DNA from: Dehalococcoidia bacterium
GTDB taxonomy: Bacteria > Chloroflexota > Dehalococcoidia > Lucifugimonadales > VXLM01
Direction: 5' to 3'
Assembly: GCA_963662435.1 (NCBI GenBank)
Contig: OY759598.1
Span: 3,194,507 to 3,258,506, forward strand
Length of the DNA: 64,000 nucleotides
Positions within the stretch are counted from its first letter, which is position 1, and each line of letters opens with the position of its first letter. The translations under genes were made by a program, and so were the position numbers. Positions 48,978-58,757 of this stretch are shown piece by piece. The notes below the pieces were generated by a model. That model was not told where the DNA came from, did not search any database, and saw only the letters and a list, made by a program, of their open reading frames with translations.

Positions 48978-49262
48978 CGCTGCCTCCTCTCACTCCGATC
49001 CCGTCCAGATCCTTCCACCCCAATGCAGGACTCATGCGCTGACTTGTAAGTGCCTTGTGTCTCAATGGAGGTGGCGCAAGGGCTAGCTTCTGTAGTTCGG
49101 CAAGCTCACTTCGTATGTGTCGAATGATAGCCCAGTGAGGTTGACAACTCAAGAAAGCGTTCATGCCTTTCCGCTCAAGCCGGGAGCAAAGGCGAATGCT
49201 AGGGGAATTGTGTACTATTCCCTCACGCTAAGTGACTCTCGTCCCCGGAGGCCCTTTGAACC

Positions 49263-51764
49263 ATGGACTATGAACCCATCGACATATCCGGTCTGTGCAG
49301 CGCGGGCGCGGATACCCTGCCCGACGAGGACCCGATGCTGGGCGAGCAGGCCATGCGCGGTCTCCCGTTCATTGTCGGCGCGCCGGGCGGCGATCCTGAC
49401 GGGAAGTGCTACGTCTCGCTGGGGGACGGTGATGCCTCCGTAACCCTGCCGGTTGGCGGGACGGCGCACAACGTCATCGTCGCTCACCGGCAGATGGAGA
49501 CCGAGCAGCACGCCAACGGTCCAATAGGCGTCCGCGTCGCGGACTACGTCATCCGGTTCGAGGACTCGGAGACCGTCACGGTGCCAATTCGCGAGCGCTA
49601 CGAGATCAGCGTGGTCAGCGACCGTCAGGGGATATCCCGGTTCGGGATTGGGCATCCCTACCTCGCCGTGACCGACCGGGAAGACACCCTCATGCCCCGC
49701 TACGAGGGCCGCTTCGACCTGATAGGCAGACGCCAGACGGAGTCCGTCCAGGCGCTGCCCGCGTGGTACTGGCTGTTTGCGTGGCGCAACCCGACCCCAG
49801 ACCGAGTCATAGAGTCCATCGAGTTCGTCCCCCGAGGTCCGCGGTTCATCGTCGCGGGAGTAACTCTCGGACACGTCGATGAGCACCCCTTTTCCCGCGA
49901 CGCCCGGCGTCCCGTGCGTGTCACCCTCAAGGACGCCGAGCGGGCCGAGAAGGCATTCGATCTCGACGTGACAATCGACCGGGGCGAGCGCACCTATGTG
50001 CATCCACTCCCGGAACAGTCGTCCGACGAGTTCCTCACCGACCCGCAAAGGGGATTCGGCGAGGCCCAGAACCCAAAGTCCAGCCCGGCCTACGTCGAGC
50101 TGTCCGGCATTCCTTCCGCTACCGTAGATGTGTCCCAGGGAGGAGAGAAAGTCGACAGCGTGAAGTGGGGCGAGGTAGAGGACAGCGGCTCCGTCGATAC
50201 CGACAAAGTACGCATCGAGCTCATCGAGCCGGGCAAGAACTGGGTGCGCGTTAAAGTCGTGGACGACGAGACCGGACAGCCCGTCCCTTCCCGCGTTCAC
50301 TTCAGGTCGCCCGAGGGCGTGCCGTACCAGCCGCACGGCCACCACAACCAGGTCAACTCCAATCTCGACACATGGCACATCGACGTTGGTGGCGACCTGC
50401 GCCTCGGCCAGATCAGCTACGCCTACATCGACGGAACGGCGCAGGGCTGGCTTCCGAGAGGCGAGGTCATCGTCGACGTCGCGCGTGGCTACGAGTACGA
50501 GCCCCTCCGCGCGAAGATAAACATCGCCCCCGGCCAGCAGGACCTTGAACTCCGCCTCAAGCGGTGGATCAACATGAACGAGCGTGGGTGGTACTCCGGC
50601 GACTCGCACGTCCACTTCCTCTCCACCCAGGGGAGTCACCTCGAATCGCAGGCCGAGGACCTCAACGTCGTAAACCTCCTGCAGTCCCAGTGGGGCAGCC
50701 TCTTCACGAACGTCGAGGACTTCACAGGCGAGCCCAGCGTCACACGACAAGGCAACAACATCGTTTACACCTCGCAGGAGAACAGGCAGCACTTCATGGG
50801 CCACATGATCCTGTGGGGCCTGAAGCAGCCGGTGATGCCCTTCTGCTCCGACGGCCCGTCCGAGTCTGAGATCGGCGGACCCATGCAGACGACCCTCAGC
50901 CATTGGGCCGACGAGGCCCACGCTCAGGGCGGATACGTCATCAACCCGCACTTCCCGCACCCCAATGGTGAGCCGTCCGCCCTCATCGCCACCGGACGCC
51001 TGGATGCCGTGGAGATGATTATGCAGCAAGAGTTCTGGCACAGGGAGTGGTACCGCTACCTCAACTGCGGCTACCGTCTTCCCCTCGTCGGCGGCACAGA
51101 CAAGATGTCCAGCGATGTTCCCGTCGGGATGTACCGCACCTACGTGAGGATCCCCGACGACGAGGAGTTCACATACGAGAGCTGGTGCAGAAACGTAGCG
51201 AAGGGCAGGACTATCCTCAGCGGCGGCCCTATCATCCACCTCACCGTCGACGGTCACGAGGTAGGCGACACACTGGAGTTGTCCGGCCCCGGCACTGTCG
51301 AGGTCTCTGCCTGGGCCGAGAGCGTCGTGCCGATGTCCCGCTTGGAGATCGTCCAAGCGGGAAGGGTGGTCGCCTCCACCGAGTCCGACACGCCGACCCG
51401 CAGGCTCGCGATCAGCGACAAGATCAAGGTCGATGGCAACTCATGGGTGGCCGCGCGAGCAGGAGGACCGGGCTACTACGGCGGGTACTCGTACTACGAC
51501 CTCTGGGAGCGGGGAATCTTCTCCCACACCTCGCCCGTGTACATCGCCGTCGGGGGCGCTTGGAGCATGTTCGATAAGGCTACGGCCGAGTACATGCTCA
51601 CCCTGATCGACGGCGCGATGACCTACATCGACAACAGCTCGCGCCAGCACTCACACGGCCATGTCACGCATCACCACGGCGAGGACGACCACATCGGCTA
51701 CCTCAAGCGCCCGTTCATCGAGGCCCGTGACGCCGTACAACAGCGAATGCACGACCACCTCTAG
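49263..51764 (+). CDS. CehA/McbA-family metallohydrolase, paralog 2
   Basis: Collinear with 44571-47078; same GDSHVH, GGTD and HTSP motifs. Confidence 0.85.
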   Translation: MDYEPIDISGLCSAGADTLPDEDPMLGEQAMRGLPFIVGAPGGDPDGKCYVSLGDGDASVTLPVGGTAHNVIVAHRQMETEQHANGPIGVRVADYVIRFEDSETVTVPIRERYEISVVSDRQGISRFGIGHPYLAVTDREDTLMPRYEGRFDLIGRRQTESVQALPAWYWLFAWRNPTPDRVIESIEFVPRGPRFIVAGVTLGHVDEHPFSRDARRPVRVTLKDAERAEKAFDLDVTIDRGERTYVHPLPEQSSDEFLTDPQRGFGEAQNPKSSPAYVELSGIPSATVDVSQGGEKVDSVKWGEVEDSGSVDTDKVRIELIEPGKNWVRVKVVDDETGQPVPSRVHFRSPEGVPYQPHGHHNQVNSNLDTWHIDVGGDLRLGQISYAYIDGTAQGWLPRGEVIVDVARGYEYEPLRAKINIAPGQQDLELRLKRWINMNERGWYSGDSHVHFLSTQGSHLESQAEDLNVVNLLQSQWGSLFTNVEDFTGEPSVTRQGNNIVYTSQENRQHFMGHMILWGLKQPVMPFCSDGPSESEIGGPMQTTLSHWADEAHAQGGYVINPHFPHPNGEPSALIATGRLDAVEMIMQQEFWHREWYRYLNCGYRLPLVGGTDKMSSDVPVGMYRTYVRIPDDEEFTYESWCRNVAKGRTILSGGPIIHLTVDGHEVGDTLELSGPGTVEVSAWAESVVPMSRLEIVQAGRVVASTESDTPTRRLAISDKIKVDGNSWVAARAGGPGYYGGYSYYDLWERGIFSHTSPVYIAVGGAWSMFDKATAEYMLTLIDGAMTYIDNSSRQHSHGHVTHHHGEDDHIGYLKRPFIEARDAVQQRMHDHL

Positions 51765-52153
51765 CGGTTATTCTATATCCTAGTACCGGTTCAATCTGAA
51801 TATGATGAACTGGCAGATGCCGATTTGTCCCCTCTCCCGTCGTGGGCTGACAGGGGTAGGTAAATCGGATTTGTAGCTATGATCCAGCCCCTCTTCCCTG
51901 TCATTCCGAGTGGAGCGAGGAATCTAATATCCATAACCGCAAAACCAGACAGCCGGTGCCGCGCTTCTATCATCACCAAGAGCGAAAACAGCCTAATAGG
52001 GTGTTTTCAAAGTGTTCTTGGAATAATCCAATCGTGACTATTGCCCGTTCACCCTGAGCCTGTCGAAGGGTGTCCCCACTGCTATACCCCCCTCTTCCGT
52101 TCGCGGGAGAGGGCTAGGGTGAATCGTAATATCAAAACTAAGTTGACTACGTC

Positions 52154-52594
52154 CTAGGCTTCCTCCGCCTTGGCCCTGATGCAGTCGAAGAACTGCCCCA
52201 CGAGGGACTTTGATGCGCTGCCCATTAGCCGCTGTCCCACCCGAGCAATGATCCCCGTCACCTGCGCGTCTCCCACAAAACTCACCTCGCTGCCGGTCTC
52301 CGTTTCGCGCAAGGTCATGGTCCCCCTGCCCCTGATCGTCGTTCCCGATCCCTTGCCTTCGACCAACATCGTGTAGGTCTCCGGCTCGACCTTGTCCTCC
52401 ACTGCTACTGCCGCGCGGTAGGTACCCGATACCGCTCCGACGCCGACCTTCAGGGAGACCGAATAGCGGTCTTCCGCTACGGGACTAAACTCCCTGCAGC
52501 CCGGAATGCAGGACGCCAACACGTCGGGATCCAGCAGCGTGTCCCACAGTTTCTCCCGGCTGGCATTGAACGAGTACTTGCCTTCGATTTTCAT
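52154..52594 (-). CDS. coxG: Carbon monoxide dehydrogenase subunit G (SRPBCC) family protein
   Basis: LWDTLLDPDVLASCIPGC...G.IARVGQRLM...QFF. Confidence 0.85.
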   Translation of the reverse strand: MKIEGKYSFNASREKLWDTLLDPDVLASCIPGCREFSPVAEDRYSVSLKVGVGAVSGTYRAAVAVEDKVEPETYTMLVEGKGSGTTIRGRGTMTLRETETGSEVSFVGDAQVTGIIARVGQRLMGSASKSLVGQFFDCIRAKAEEA

Positions 52595-52974
52595 CCTGGA
52601 TGAGACCCCCTCGAACGGAGTATCCCTAATCTATCACGTTATGAGAGGCACCCGCGATGTGTGCCATACATGCAGACCCCCTTCAGTGACTTTGCTGCTT
52701 TCCGTCGAGTTGCCCAGATCCGCTAAAGCTCAAGTATTCCTACCAAACTTACACGGCTGGCATCAATGCATTGGCAACGTTGTGTTGCAAACCAAAAGTC
52801 TGACGCCGCAGTTTGTGACGCAAAACGAAGTATCCCTCTCCTGGGTCGCGGGCCGAAGAACATTACACGGCACAATAGGGGTTTGCAGTGCAAACATAAA
52901 TCATGTACACTAAAGTTTGTGGTGCAAACACCGGCAGGCCATTCGCAGTCTGCAAGACTATGAGGGAGGAGCTT

Positions 52975-53601
52975 ATGCAAAGGCAGAACGACGAGGCGAT
53001 GACGGCTCAAGAGGGGTGGCGAACGATCATAGCCACCATGGAAAGTACGCGAGGTTCCATGTACGTGGTGGGGTCGGCGGCGATACTGGTGCTCTGGGGT
53101 GTCATAGCATCGATTGGATATCTCTCGCAGTACGCAACCGAGACCTTGGCAGCCGACTTTGTATCACGTAATCCTTGGATCGACGCGCCACTGTGGGGCA
53201 TCTTGGTAGTGGTGGGGATGGTGGGAAGCGCGCTTATCGGCCACCGCGCCGGCGGGGAGAATGCTACCGGCGACGCCATCCGCAGCGCGGGACTGCGAGT
53301 GTTTTTCTTTTGGCTGGCAGTGGTGGCAGCGGCGTTCCTCGTACCGGCAGCTGCCGGAATGTGGGATGAGGGCGCAGGGGCAAACATACCGCGCGTCGCC
53401 ATAGGCATTATTGCCCTCGGATACGTCCTGTTTGGCATTATGAACCGGCCGGTCATAGCCGTAGTGGGCGCTGGAATAGCGGCCGCTTTCTACATCCCCA
53501 GCTACCTTTTCGGTGATGTGGCGCTTGTGGTGTCGGCAGCGGCCACGCTGACCGTCGCTGTGCTGGGCGCGGTGTGGATACGAAGGAGCGGCGTCCTTTG
53601 A
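52975..53601 (+). CDS. Membrane protein (about 6 TM)
   Basis: GGAGG RBS, hydrophobic helices, overlaps the downstream HTH gene. Confidence 0.8.
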   Translation: MQRQNDEAMTAQEGWRTIIATMESTRGSMYVVGSAAILVLWGVIASIGYLSQYATETLAADFVSRNPWIDAPLWGILVVVGMVGSALIGHRAGGENATGDAIRSAGLRVFFFWLAVVAAAFLVPAAAGMWDEGAGANIPRVAIGIIALGYVLFGIMNRPVIAVVGAGIAAAFYIPSYLFGDVALVVSAAATLTVAVLGAVWIRRSGVL

Positions 53602-53912
53602 CCGGCGAGTCCGCCTCTCTCGACGAGACCATCCACCAGTCCACTCGACTGCGGATAATGACGATGCTCGTCTCCCTCCCCGAGACTGACCGGCTCACCT
53701 ACGGGTTCATTCAGGAGACCCTCGACCTGACCGGCGGGAACCTGACCACCCATCTGCGTAAGCTCGAAGAGGCCGATTATCTGACCGTCGCGAAAGATTC
53801 CCACAACTCAAGACCGCGCACGTGGGTACAGGCGACACCGGCAGGACGGCAAGCGTACACAGTTTATCTTGCAAACTTGGTCAAGACACTGAGTTGGGCG
53901 CCGAACGATTAG
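53598..53912 (+). CDS. Winged-helix transcriptional regulator (HTH_34, ArsR/MarR-like)
   Basis: LDETIHQSTRLRIM...LTGGNLTTHLRKLEEADY...PRT...T..GR.A. Confidence 0.88.
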   Translation: MTGESASLDETIHQSTRLRIMTMLVSLPETDRLTYGFIQETLDLTGGNLTTHLRKLEEADYLTVAKDSHNSRPRTWVQATPAGRQAYTVYLANLVKTLSWAPND

Positions 53913-54076
53913 CGTTGCGGACCGGTGGGGGCGCTTCCAGCTAACCTAAACGCTAATAAGCTGCTTCGCACGAGGGGGTTGGAACGGCGTTTGCACTGCA
54001 AACGGAGTCATGTCCACTCTGGCGGACACTAAAGGTAGTTGTTCGGGCATGGACGAATAGGGTTGCGAGGGCCTTG

Positions 54077-55297
54077 CTAGCCGCCACTGTCTGAAGGTGT
54101 CGGTGCAACGCGAATGGGAGCCAGGTCAGGAAGGCCGCGGCTCTCCCTCCACAGAAGCTCCGTTTCTTCTATGCCTGTCCCAAAGACGGCCTTCAACGCG
54201 TCGTCTACTCTGATGCCGTACTTGAATAGTTCGAGCAGACTCGTAATGCTCTCCCATCCGAACTCGGTCGTGAGAAACTCCACGAGATCGTAGCTCTGGG
54301 CGAGTCTGATTGATGCCTCGCGTTCGTCCGTGGTGAGTGGCACATCGAAACTGCGTAGCGGCACGAACTGCTCGATCAGCCGGGCCTCGGCAAACGCCCG
54401 GCGCAAATCGTCCGTTAGTCCACCCTCGGCGAGCATGGCTAGGCCCTCCTCCAGCCAGTATGGAAGGCCACCAAAACAATTGAATGCCTTGTCCTGCACG
54501 ACGAAATGGGCGAGTTCGTGGATGAGTGCCAGTAACTCGTCACCTTCGATGTCCTCCGGCGTGACCGAAACGACGCTGTTGAATTCTCGATACGGGTTCA
54601 CGGAATCACGCATCAAGAGAACGCCGGGCCCTGCATCCTCCGCGTTCTCGTACATGAAGACGTTTACCGGTCTGGGCAGAGTTCCCAGGGCTTCGATCCG
54701 TTCGAGCTGCGGTTCCAGGTAGCCGACGAGATGCTCTCCAAACTCAGGATACTGCCCGTGCCAGTGTACGATGAGTCCGTCCTTCGTGTAGGTCTGCCAG
54801 TCGAAGCGGTCATCCGCCCAGGTGAACGCGCGGTGCCTGCTTTCGTAGACTGCGCCGTCGGCGCCGGTCACCTTCCAGCGCCATTGGACGGTTTCTCCGG
54901 GTGGAATTGGCGCGTTCCCATCCAGATCCAAACGCCATCTGACGAGATATCCGGGAGGAAACGGCTCGTCCAGGTCCAGCTCCCATCGCCATGAGGTCGC
55001 GGCATTGGCGGGGAGTCGTACGGTTTGGACGGTTTCGCCTACACAGGAATACTCCGGTTCGATGATGAGTTCGAGGTCTATGCGTTGCGGATTCAAATGC
55101 CTCCCAAACAGCAGATTGAATTCAACCGCGTTTGGAAAGTCTACCGTCACGTTGTTCAACCAGGCGGGGAGCACCGAAACTTCCGGTTCACTCGCGGTGG
55201 CCGATCCAAGCGGAAGAAACCATACCGGGACCGTCGCGATGGTGACAAGGAGGACCTGAATTGCTCGCCTTAGAGGCATCATGCGACTAACGCTCAA
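54077..55297 (-). CDS. Secreted peptidase MA-like (gluzincin) protein
   Basis: Signal peptide; HELAH...PYWLEEGLA. Confidence 0.85.
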   Translation of the reverse strand: MSVSRMMPLRRAIQVLLVTIATVPVWFLPLGSATASEPEVSVLPAWLNNVTVDFPNAVEFNLLFGRHLNPQRIDLELIIEPEYSCVGETVQTVRLPANAATSWRWELDLDEPFPPGYLVRWRLDLDGNAPIPPGETVQWRWKVTGADGAVYESRHRAFTWADDRFDWQTYTKDGLIVHWHGQYPEFGEHLVGYLEPQLERIEALGTLPRPVNVFMYENAEDAGPGVLLMRDSVNPYREFNSVVSVTPEDIEGDELLALIHELAHFVVQDKAFNCFGGLPYWLEEGLAMLAEGGLTDDLRRAFAEARLIEQFVPLRSFDVPLTTDEREASIRLAQSYDLVEFLTTEFGWESITSLLELFKYGIRVDDALKAVFGTGIEETELLWRESRGLPDLAPIRVAPTPSDSGG

Positions 55298-57278
55298 AGT
55301 AGATGTCTTTAAAGAACGATATCTCCGTCATCGCAGGCCTGTAGCCGACCACGTACTGCTGAACGAGCTCGTGACGACGCTCGTGCCACAGGGGGACAAC
55401 TATCCAGTGATCTCTGGCGATGCTCTCGATTCGCTTATATGCCTCAGCGCGCTGGGCGGGAGCGGAGATGGTTGCGGCCTCATCGAGCAGGGTGTCCACC
55501 TCGTTGTTCGAGAAGCCGAAGCGGTTTTGCGGTCCGTCAGTATGGAGATGCGTTTCAAGGTAGTTTTCGGCATCTAGGTAGTCGGGGCACCAGGTGCCGG
55601 TCCAAACTCCTGCCCGGTCATCCGAAGAGCCTGTGTGAACCCTGACATCCATTCCAAGGTACTCTCTCCACATCCAGATCATAGTTGAATTGTGGACGGC
55701 CGCCGGAATTGGATTCCGGTTGGCGAGACCCTCCGATGATTCCGCAATCAGGGCCCTAGCCGCTTCGAGGTCGAATTGGGAGGCGGGTAAGTCTTCGTGA
55801 TGACCGCTTACTCCGGGAGGTACGAGGGTCCTTGCCCTATCCACCGTTCCCCTCAATACCACGGAAATGATCTTGTCCACGTCTAACGCATGGGTGAAAG
55901 CACGACGGACGCTGACATCGTCGAAGGGAGGCACGTTGCTGTCGAACGCCAGGAAACTTGTGCAGAATGTCGGGGAGGAAACGAGGTCCGGATAGAGGTC
56001 GCCGCTGGTGTTGCGAGCACGATCGAAATGCGCGTATGGAACAGGGACCGTGTCGATCTGCTTGGAGGAGTACAGCTCTTGAGGGTCGGCTGCACCGTAT
56101 CGGTAGACGACCGCGAGCATGTTTGGCTGCTCGAGATGAAAGCGATGACTCCGTTCTAGGACGAGTCCTCCGCCCCTGATCCAGTGGACAAGCTTGTAGG
56201 GTCCGGTTCCCCTCGGTCGCTCGGCGAGGTTGCCATCCTCGACGTTGGATCTGTCTACGACGGAGGCAACGGGGTGGGTGAGCTTCTGAATAAACGTGGA
56301 GCGGGGCGAAGTGAGAGTGACGCGCAGAGTGAACAGGTCGAGAGCCTCGATGCCCGAAATCTCATCCGCTTCACCTGCCAGCTTCTCGCGGACGCCGGAG
56401 ATGTCCCCAAGGTATGCCCGAGCCGTGGAGGAGCCGACTTCAGGATCAGTTGCGCGCTCCCACGAATACACTATGTCCTCGGTTGTGACCCAGTCGCCGT
56501 TGTGAAAGTAGGCGTTGTACCGGAGGTTGAAAGTGTAGACTTCGCCATCCGCCGAGACATCCCAGTCTCGGGCGATGTCGGGTATCACGTTCAGGTCCTC
56601 ATCCATACGGACGAGACCTCCGAATATGGCATTGAGTGGTCCGGTGACTGGCCCGGTGTGAAGGGTGGGATCAAGCGTATCCGGCTCCTCTCCGACAAGG
56701 GCAAATACATCGTCTGAGTGTGCCTGCGTCGGGTCGGGCGGCAGGAGTGTAAAGGAAGAAACTATCTCGTCGAGGGTGTCGCGAAGGCGGTCGTACTCCG
56801 AGACCGTTCCGAATGCCCGAATCACAAAGCTCTGTCTGCCGCGGAGCACACCGGTCCACCCCTCCTTGATCCCGAGTTCGTTGTGCCAGACGAACACCGT
56901 ACGAAAGCCGTCCGTGTCAGGCCCCAACCTGACTGGCGTCTCATCGTGAATTTCAACGAAACGCCTCCCGTAGTTCGAGACCTGCCAGTCCATCCAATCA
57001 GGCAGAGTATCGGGCCCCGCGTGCCGGAGGACGGATAACTGAATTGAGACTAAATTGGTGAATCCAGGGGGCTTGATCTCCACGAATGAGATCCGACGGC
57101 CCGTCTCGCTAATTCGCCATTCGACGGGGGCCGTGATCGAAAAGCCCACGAGAGAGTTGGTGTAAGTCTGCGTGTCGCTGGCCGCCGCCGGATGCGGCGT
57201 TAGGAACATTCCGACGATCAGCCCGGTGATGAGCGCCGCCCCGATTGCTCGGCGTAGACGCAAACAGTTCACCACCAC
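55287..57278 (-). CDS. Peptide ABC transporter substrate-binding protein (family 5) with an extra N-terminal domain
   Basis: EPDTLDP, PDIARDWDVSADGEVYTFNLR, FHNG, GTGPYKL, PPFDDVSVRRAF; about 150 extra aa after the signal peptide. Confidence 0.88.
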   Translation of the reverse strand: MVVNCLRLRRAIGAALITGLIVGMFLTPHPAAASDTQTYTNSLVGFSITAPVEWRISETGRRISFVEIKPPGFTNLVSIQLSVLRHAGPDTLPDWMDWQVSNYGRRFVEIHDETPVRLGPDTDGFRTVFVWHNELGIKEGWTGVLRGRQSFVIRAFGTVSEYDRLRDTLDEIVSSFTLLPPDPTQAHSDDVFALVGEEPDTLDPTLHTGPVTGPLNAIFGGLVRMDEDLNVIPDIARDWDVSADGEVYTFNLRYNAYFHNGDWVTTEDIVYSWERATDPEVGSSTARAYLGDISGVREKLAGEADEISGIEALDLFTLRVTLTSPRSTFIQKLTHPVASVVDRSNVEDGNLAERPRGTGPYKLVHWIRGGGLVLERSHRFHLEQPNMLAVVYRYGAADPQELYSSKQIDTVPVPYAHFDRARNTSGDLYPDLVSSPTFCTSFLAFDSNVPPFDDVSVRRAFTHALDVDKIISVVLRGTVDRARTLVPPGVSGHHEDLPASQFDLEAARALIAESSEGLANRNPIPAAVHNSTMIWMWREYLGMDVRVHTGSSDDRAGVWTGTWCPDYLDAENYLETHLHTDGPQNRFGFSNNEVDTLLDEAATISAPAQRAEAYKRIESIARDHWIVVPLWHERRHELVQQYVVGYRPAMTEISFFKDIYFER

Positions 57279-57344
57279 CTCTCGCCTACCGAATTGCGGC
57301 GAAGTATACCAGCGCGTCGGACATGGTAGCCAGTCGGAGAGGTG

Positions 57345-57743
57345 CTAGCCGAAGCTTGCCTTCCCCCCTGTAACTGAGCGGAGAGGTTGATCAAATGTCA
57401 TGAAATCACTTACCCCACGCCTTCGGCAGCTTGCGATGTGACAGAGGTCTCGAGCTCCGAGAGTGGGATGCTGCTCGTGAAGCTGACGCGCCAGGCTAAC
57501 GTCGTCCTCCTCCAGCGCCCAAACTCTTAATTGAAACTTCGTGATCAGCGAAAGCGCGCTGTCAAGGGTCTGCAGCCGTGCCACTGGAAGGTACGCATGC
57601 GTTAGTTCCTGCAGTACTTCCGCTGAAGTGCGTAGAGGCGTGCGACTGCTAATGGACCGCACGAAGAATTCCCGAGCGGGTTCCCGAATCTGATGGGGCC
57701 GCCCTACAGCGTACATGAAGACGCTGCTGTCTACGAAAATCAC
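57345..57743 (-). CDS. vapC: VapC PIN-domain toxin
   Basis: IFVDSSVFMYAVG...SAEVLQE...ARDLCH...MTFD; GTG start overlapping the antitoxin stop. Confidence 0.85.
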   Translation of the reverse strand: MIFVDSSVFMYAVGRPHQIREPAREFFVRSISSRTPLRTSAEVLQELTHAYLPVARLQTLDSALSLITKFQLRVWALEEDDVSLARQLHEQHPTLGARDLCHIASCRRRGVSDFMTFDQPLRSVTGGKASFG

Positions 57744-58015
57744 GAGTCTGGCAGGCCGCGACTGCGGGACGCGGAAATCACTTGCAGATGCTCGTCCCAA
57801 TCCGGCTCGCGCTCGGGGCCGTCCAGGGTATCGCACGCAAGGAAGAACGCTTCAACTTCAGCCGGGGAACGAAATGCCGTCGTCCGTTGCTGGGCCTCGA
57901 GTCTATCGCCGGCAGCAGCCCTCAGCCAGGCACTCAACGTCATACCTTCGCGTCGGGCCTGATGAACGAACCGGTCGCGATCCTCATCGGGAATCACCAG
58001 TTGAACCCTGGCCAT
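57740..58015 (-). CDS. Antitoxin (RHH-like)
   Basis: MARVQLVIPDEDRDRFVHQARREGMTLSAWLR, upstream of the PIN gene. Confidence 0.8.
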   Translation of the reverse strand: MARVQLVIPDEDRDRFVHQARREGMTLSAWLRAAAGDRLEAQQRTTAFRSPAEVEAFFLACDTLDGPEREPDWDEHLQVISASRSRGLPDS

Positions 58016-58169
58016 TCTAAAAGTGTGTCCTATTCACAATGATGTGTAAGAAGTGCACACACTCTAACTGACAGATTCAAGGTGTAGGGTAGTAGCATGC
58101 GTTGAACTAACGATCTCCCGATACCCTGCCCGACACAGCGCGAAACGGAAACGTTCCCAGCTCAAGTTC

Positions 58170-58243
58170 TGGCTGCCCGGCCAGGATTCGAACCTGGGTC
58201 TGAGGATCCAAAGTCCTTCGTGCTACCACTACACCACCGGGCA
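58170..58243 (-). tRNA. tRNA-Gln(UUG)
   Basis: Reverse complement TGCCCGGTGGTGTAGTGGTAGCACGAAGGACTTTGGATCCTCAGACCCAGGTTCGAATCCTGGCCGGGCAGCCA: anticodon TTG, TTCGAAT T-loop and encoded CCA. Confidence 0.96.
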
Positions 58244-58255
58244 GTGACCTGGAGT

Positions 58256-58576
58256 CTATGGGAGGGGTTGTGTCCCCGAGGAGGAGGTGGGAGGAGGAGG
58301 CAGGTCGGTACCGTCGGCCGCTGCGTTGTCTGAACGGAACTTCTCTACCAGGCTGAAGAAGTTGATCGACCACCCTGCACCGAAGACCATGGGGGTGAAG
58401 ATGCGATCGTCATTCTCGTTCCACAGCCTGTCTCTCATGCGATCTGCCGTGGGTACGCGGAAATCATAAGGCACGCCGATGAACCTGCCCACGGGCCGTC
58501 CTGAACGTAATGCGTAGACAGCGGCTCCTACCGTGAGGGCCACGAACAGCGTTCTGAAATTCAAGATGTGTTTCAA
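58256..58576 (-). CDS. Small membrane protein with a DUF5808-like motif
   Basis: GVPYDFRVPT...LWN..D.RIFTP..FG.GWSINF. Confidence 0.75.
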   Translation of the reverse strand: MKHILNFRTLFVALTVGAAVYALRSGRPVGRFIGVPYDFRVPTADRMRDRLWNENDDRIFTPMVFGAGWSINFFSLVEKFRSDNAAADGTDLPPPPTSSSGTQPLP

Positions 58577-58757
58577 CTCTGCACCCTCTTGTGCGGGAAG
58601 CTCGGCTCCCAGTCCCACCTGTTTCTACTATAGCGTATCGGCCGTGTGGGAACCACAAAACGGCCGCTGCATAATGAGCATGGCACACTTAACAGGCGTC
58701 GTGCAGTGGAGAACCGTGTTTTCCATCGGTAGGGCAATCTCCCCTATACTGTAGTCC

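Noticed and set aside
49215..51356. 713-aa minus-strand ORF (likewise 14316..15452 and 61888..62697)
   Set aside because: Antisense shadows of well-supported plus-strand genes.
57300..58170. Integrative element at the tRNA-Gln 3' end
   Set aside because: A TA pair lies downstream of the tRNA, but I found no integrase and no duplicated tRNA 3' fragment in the window.
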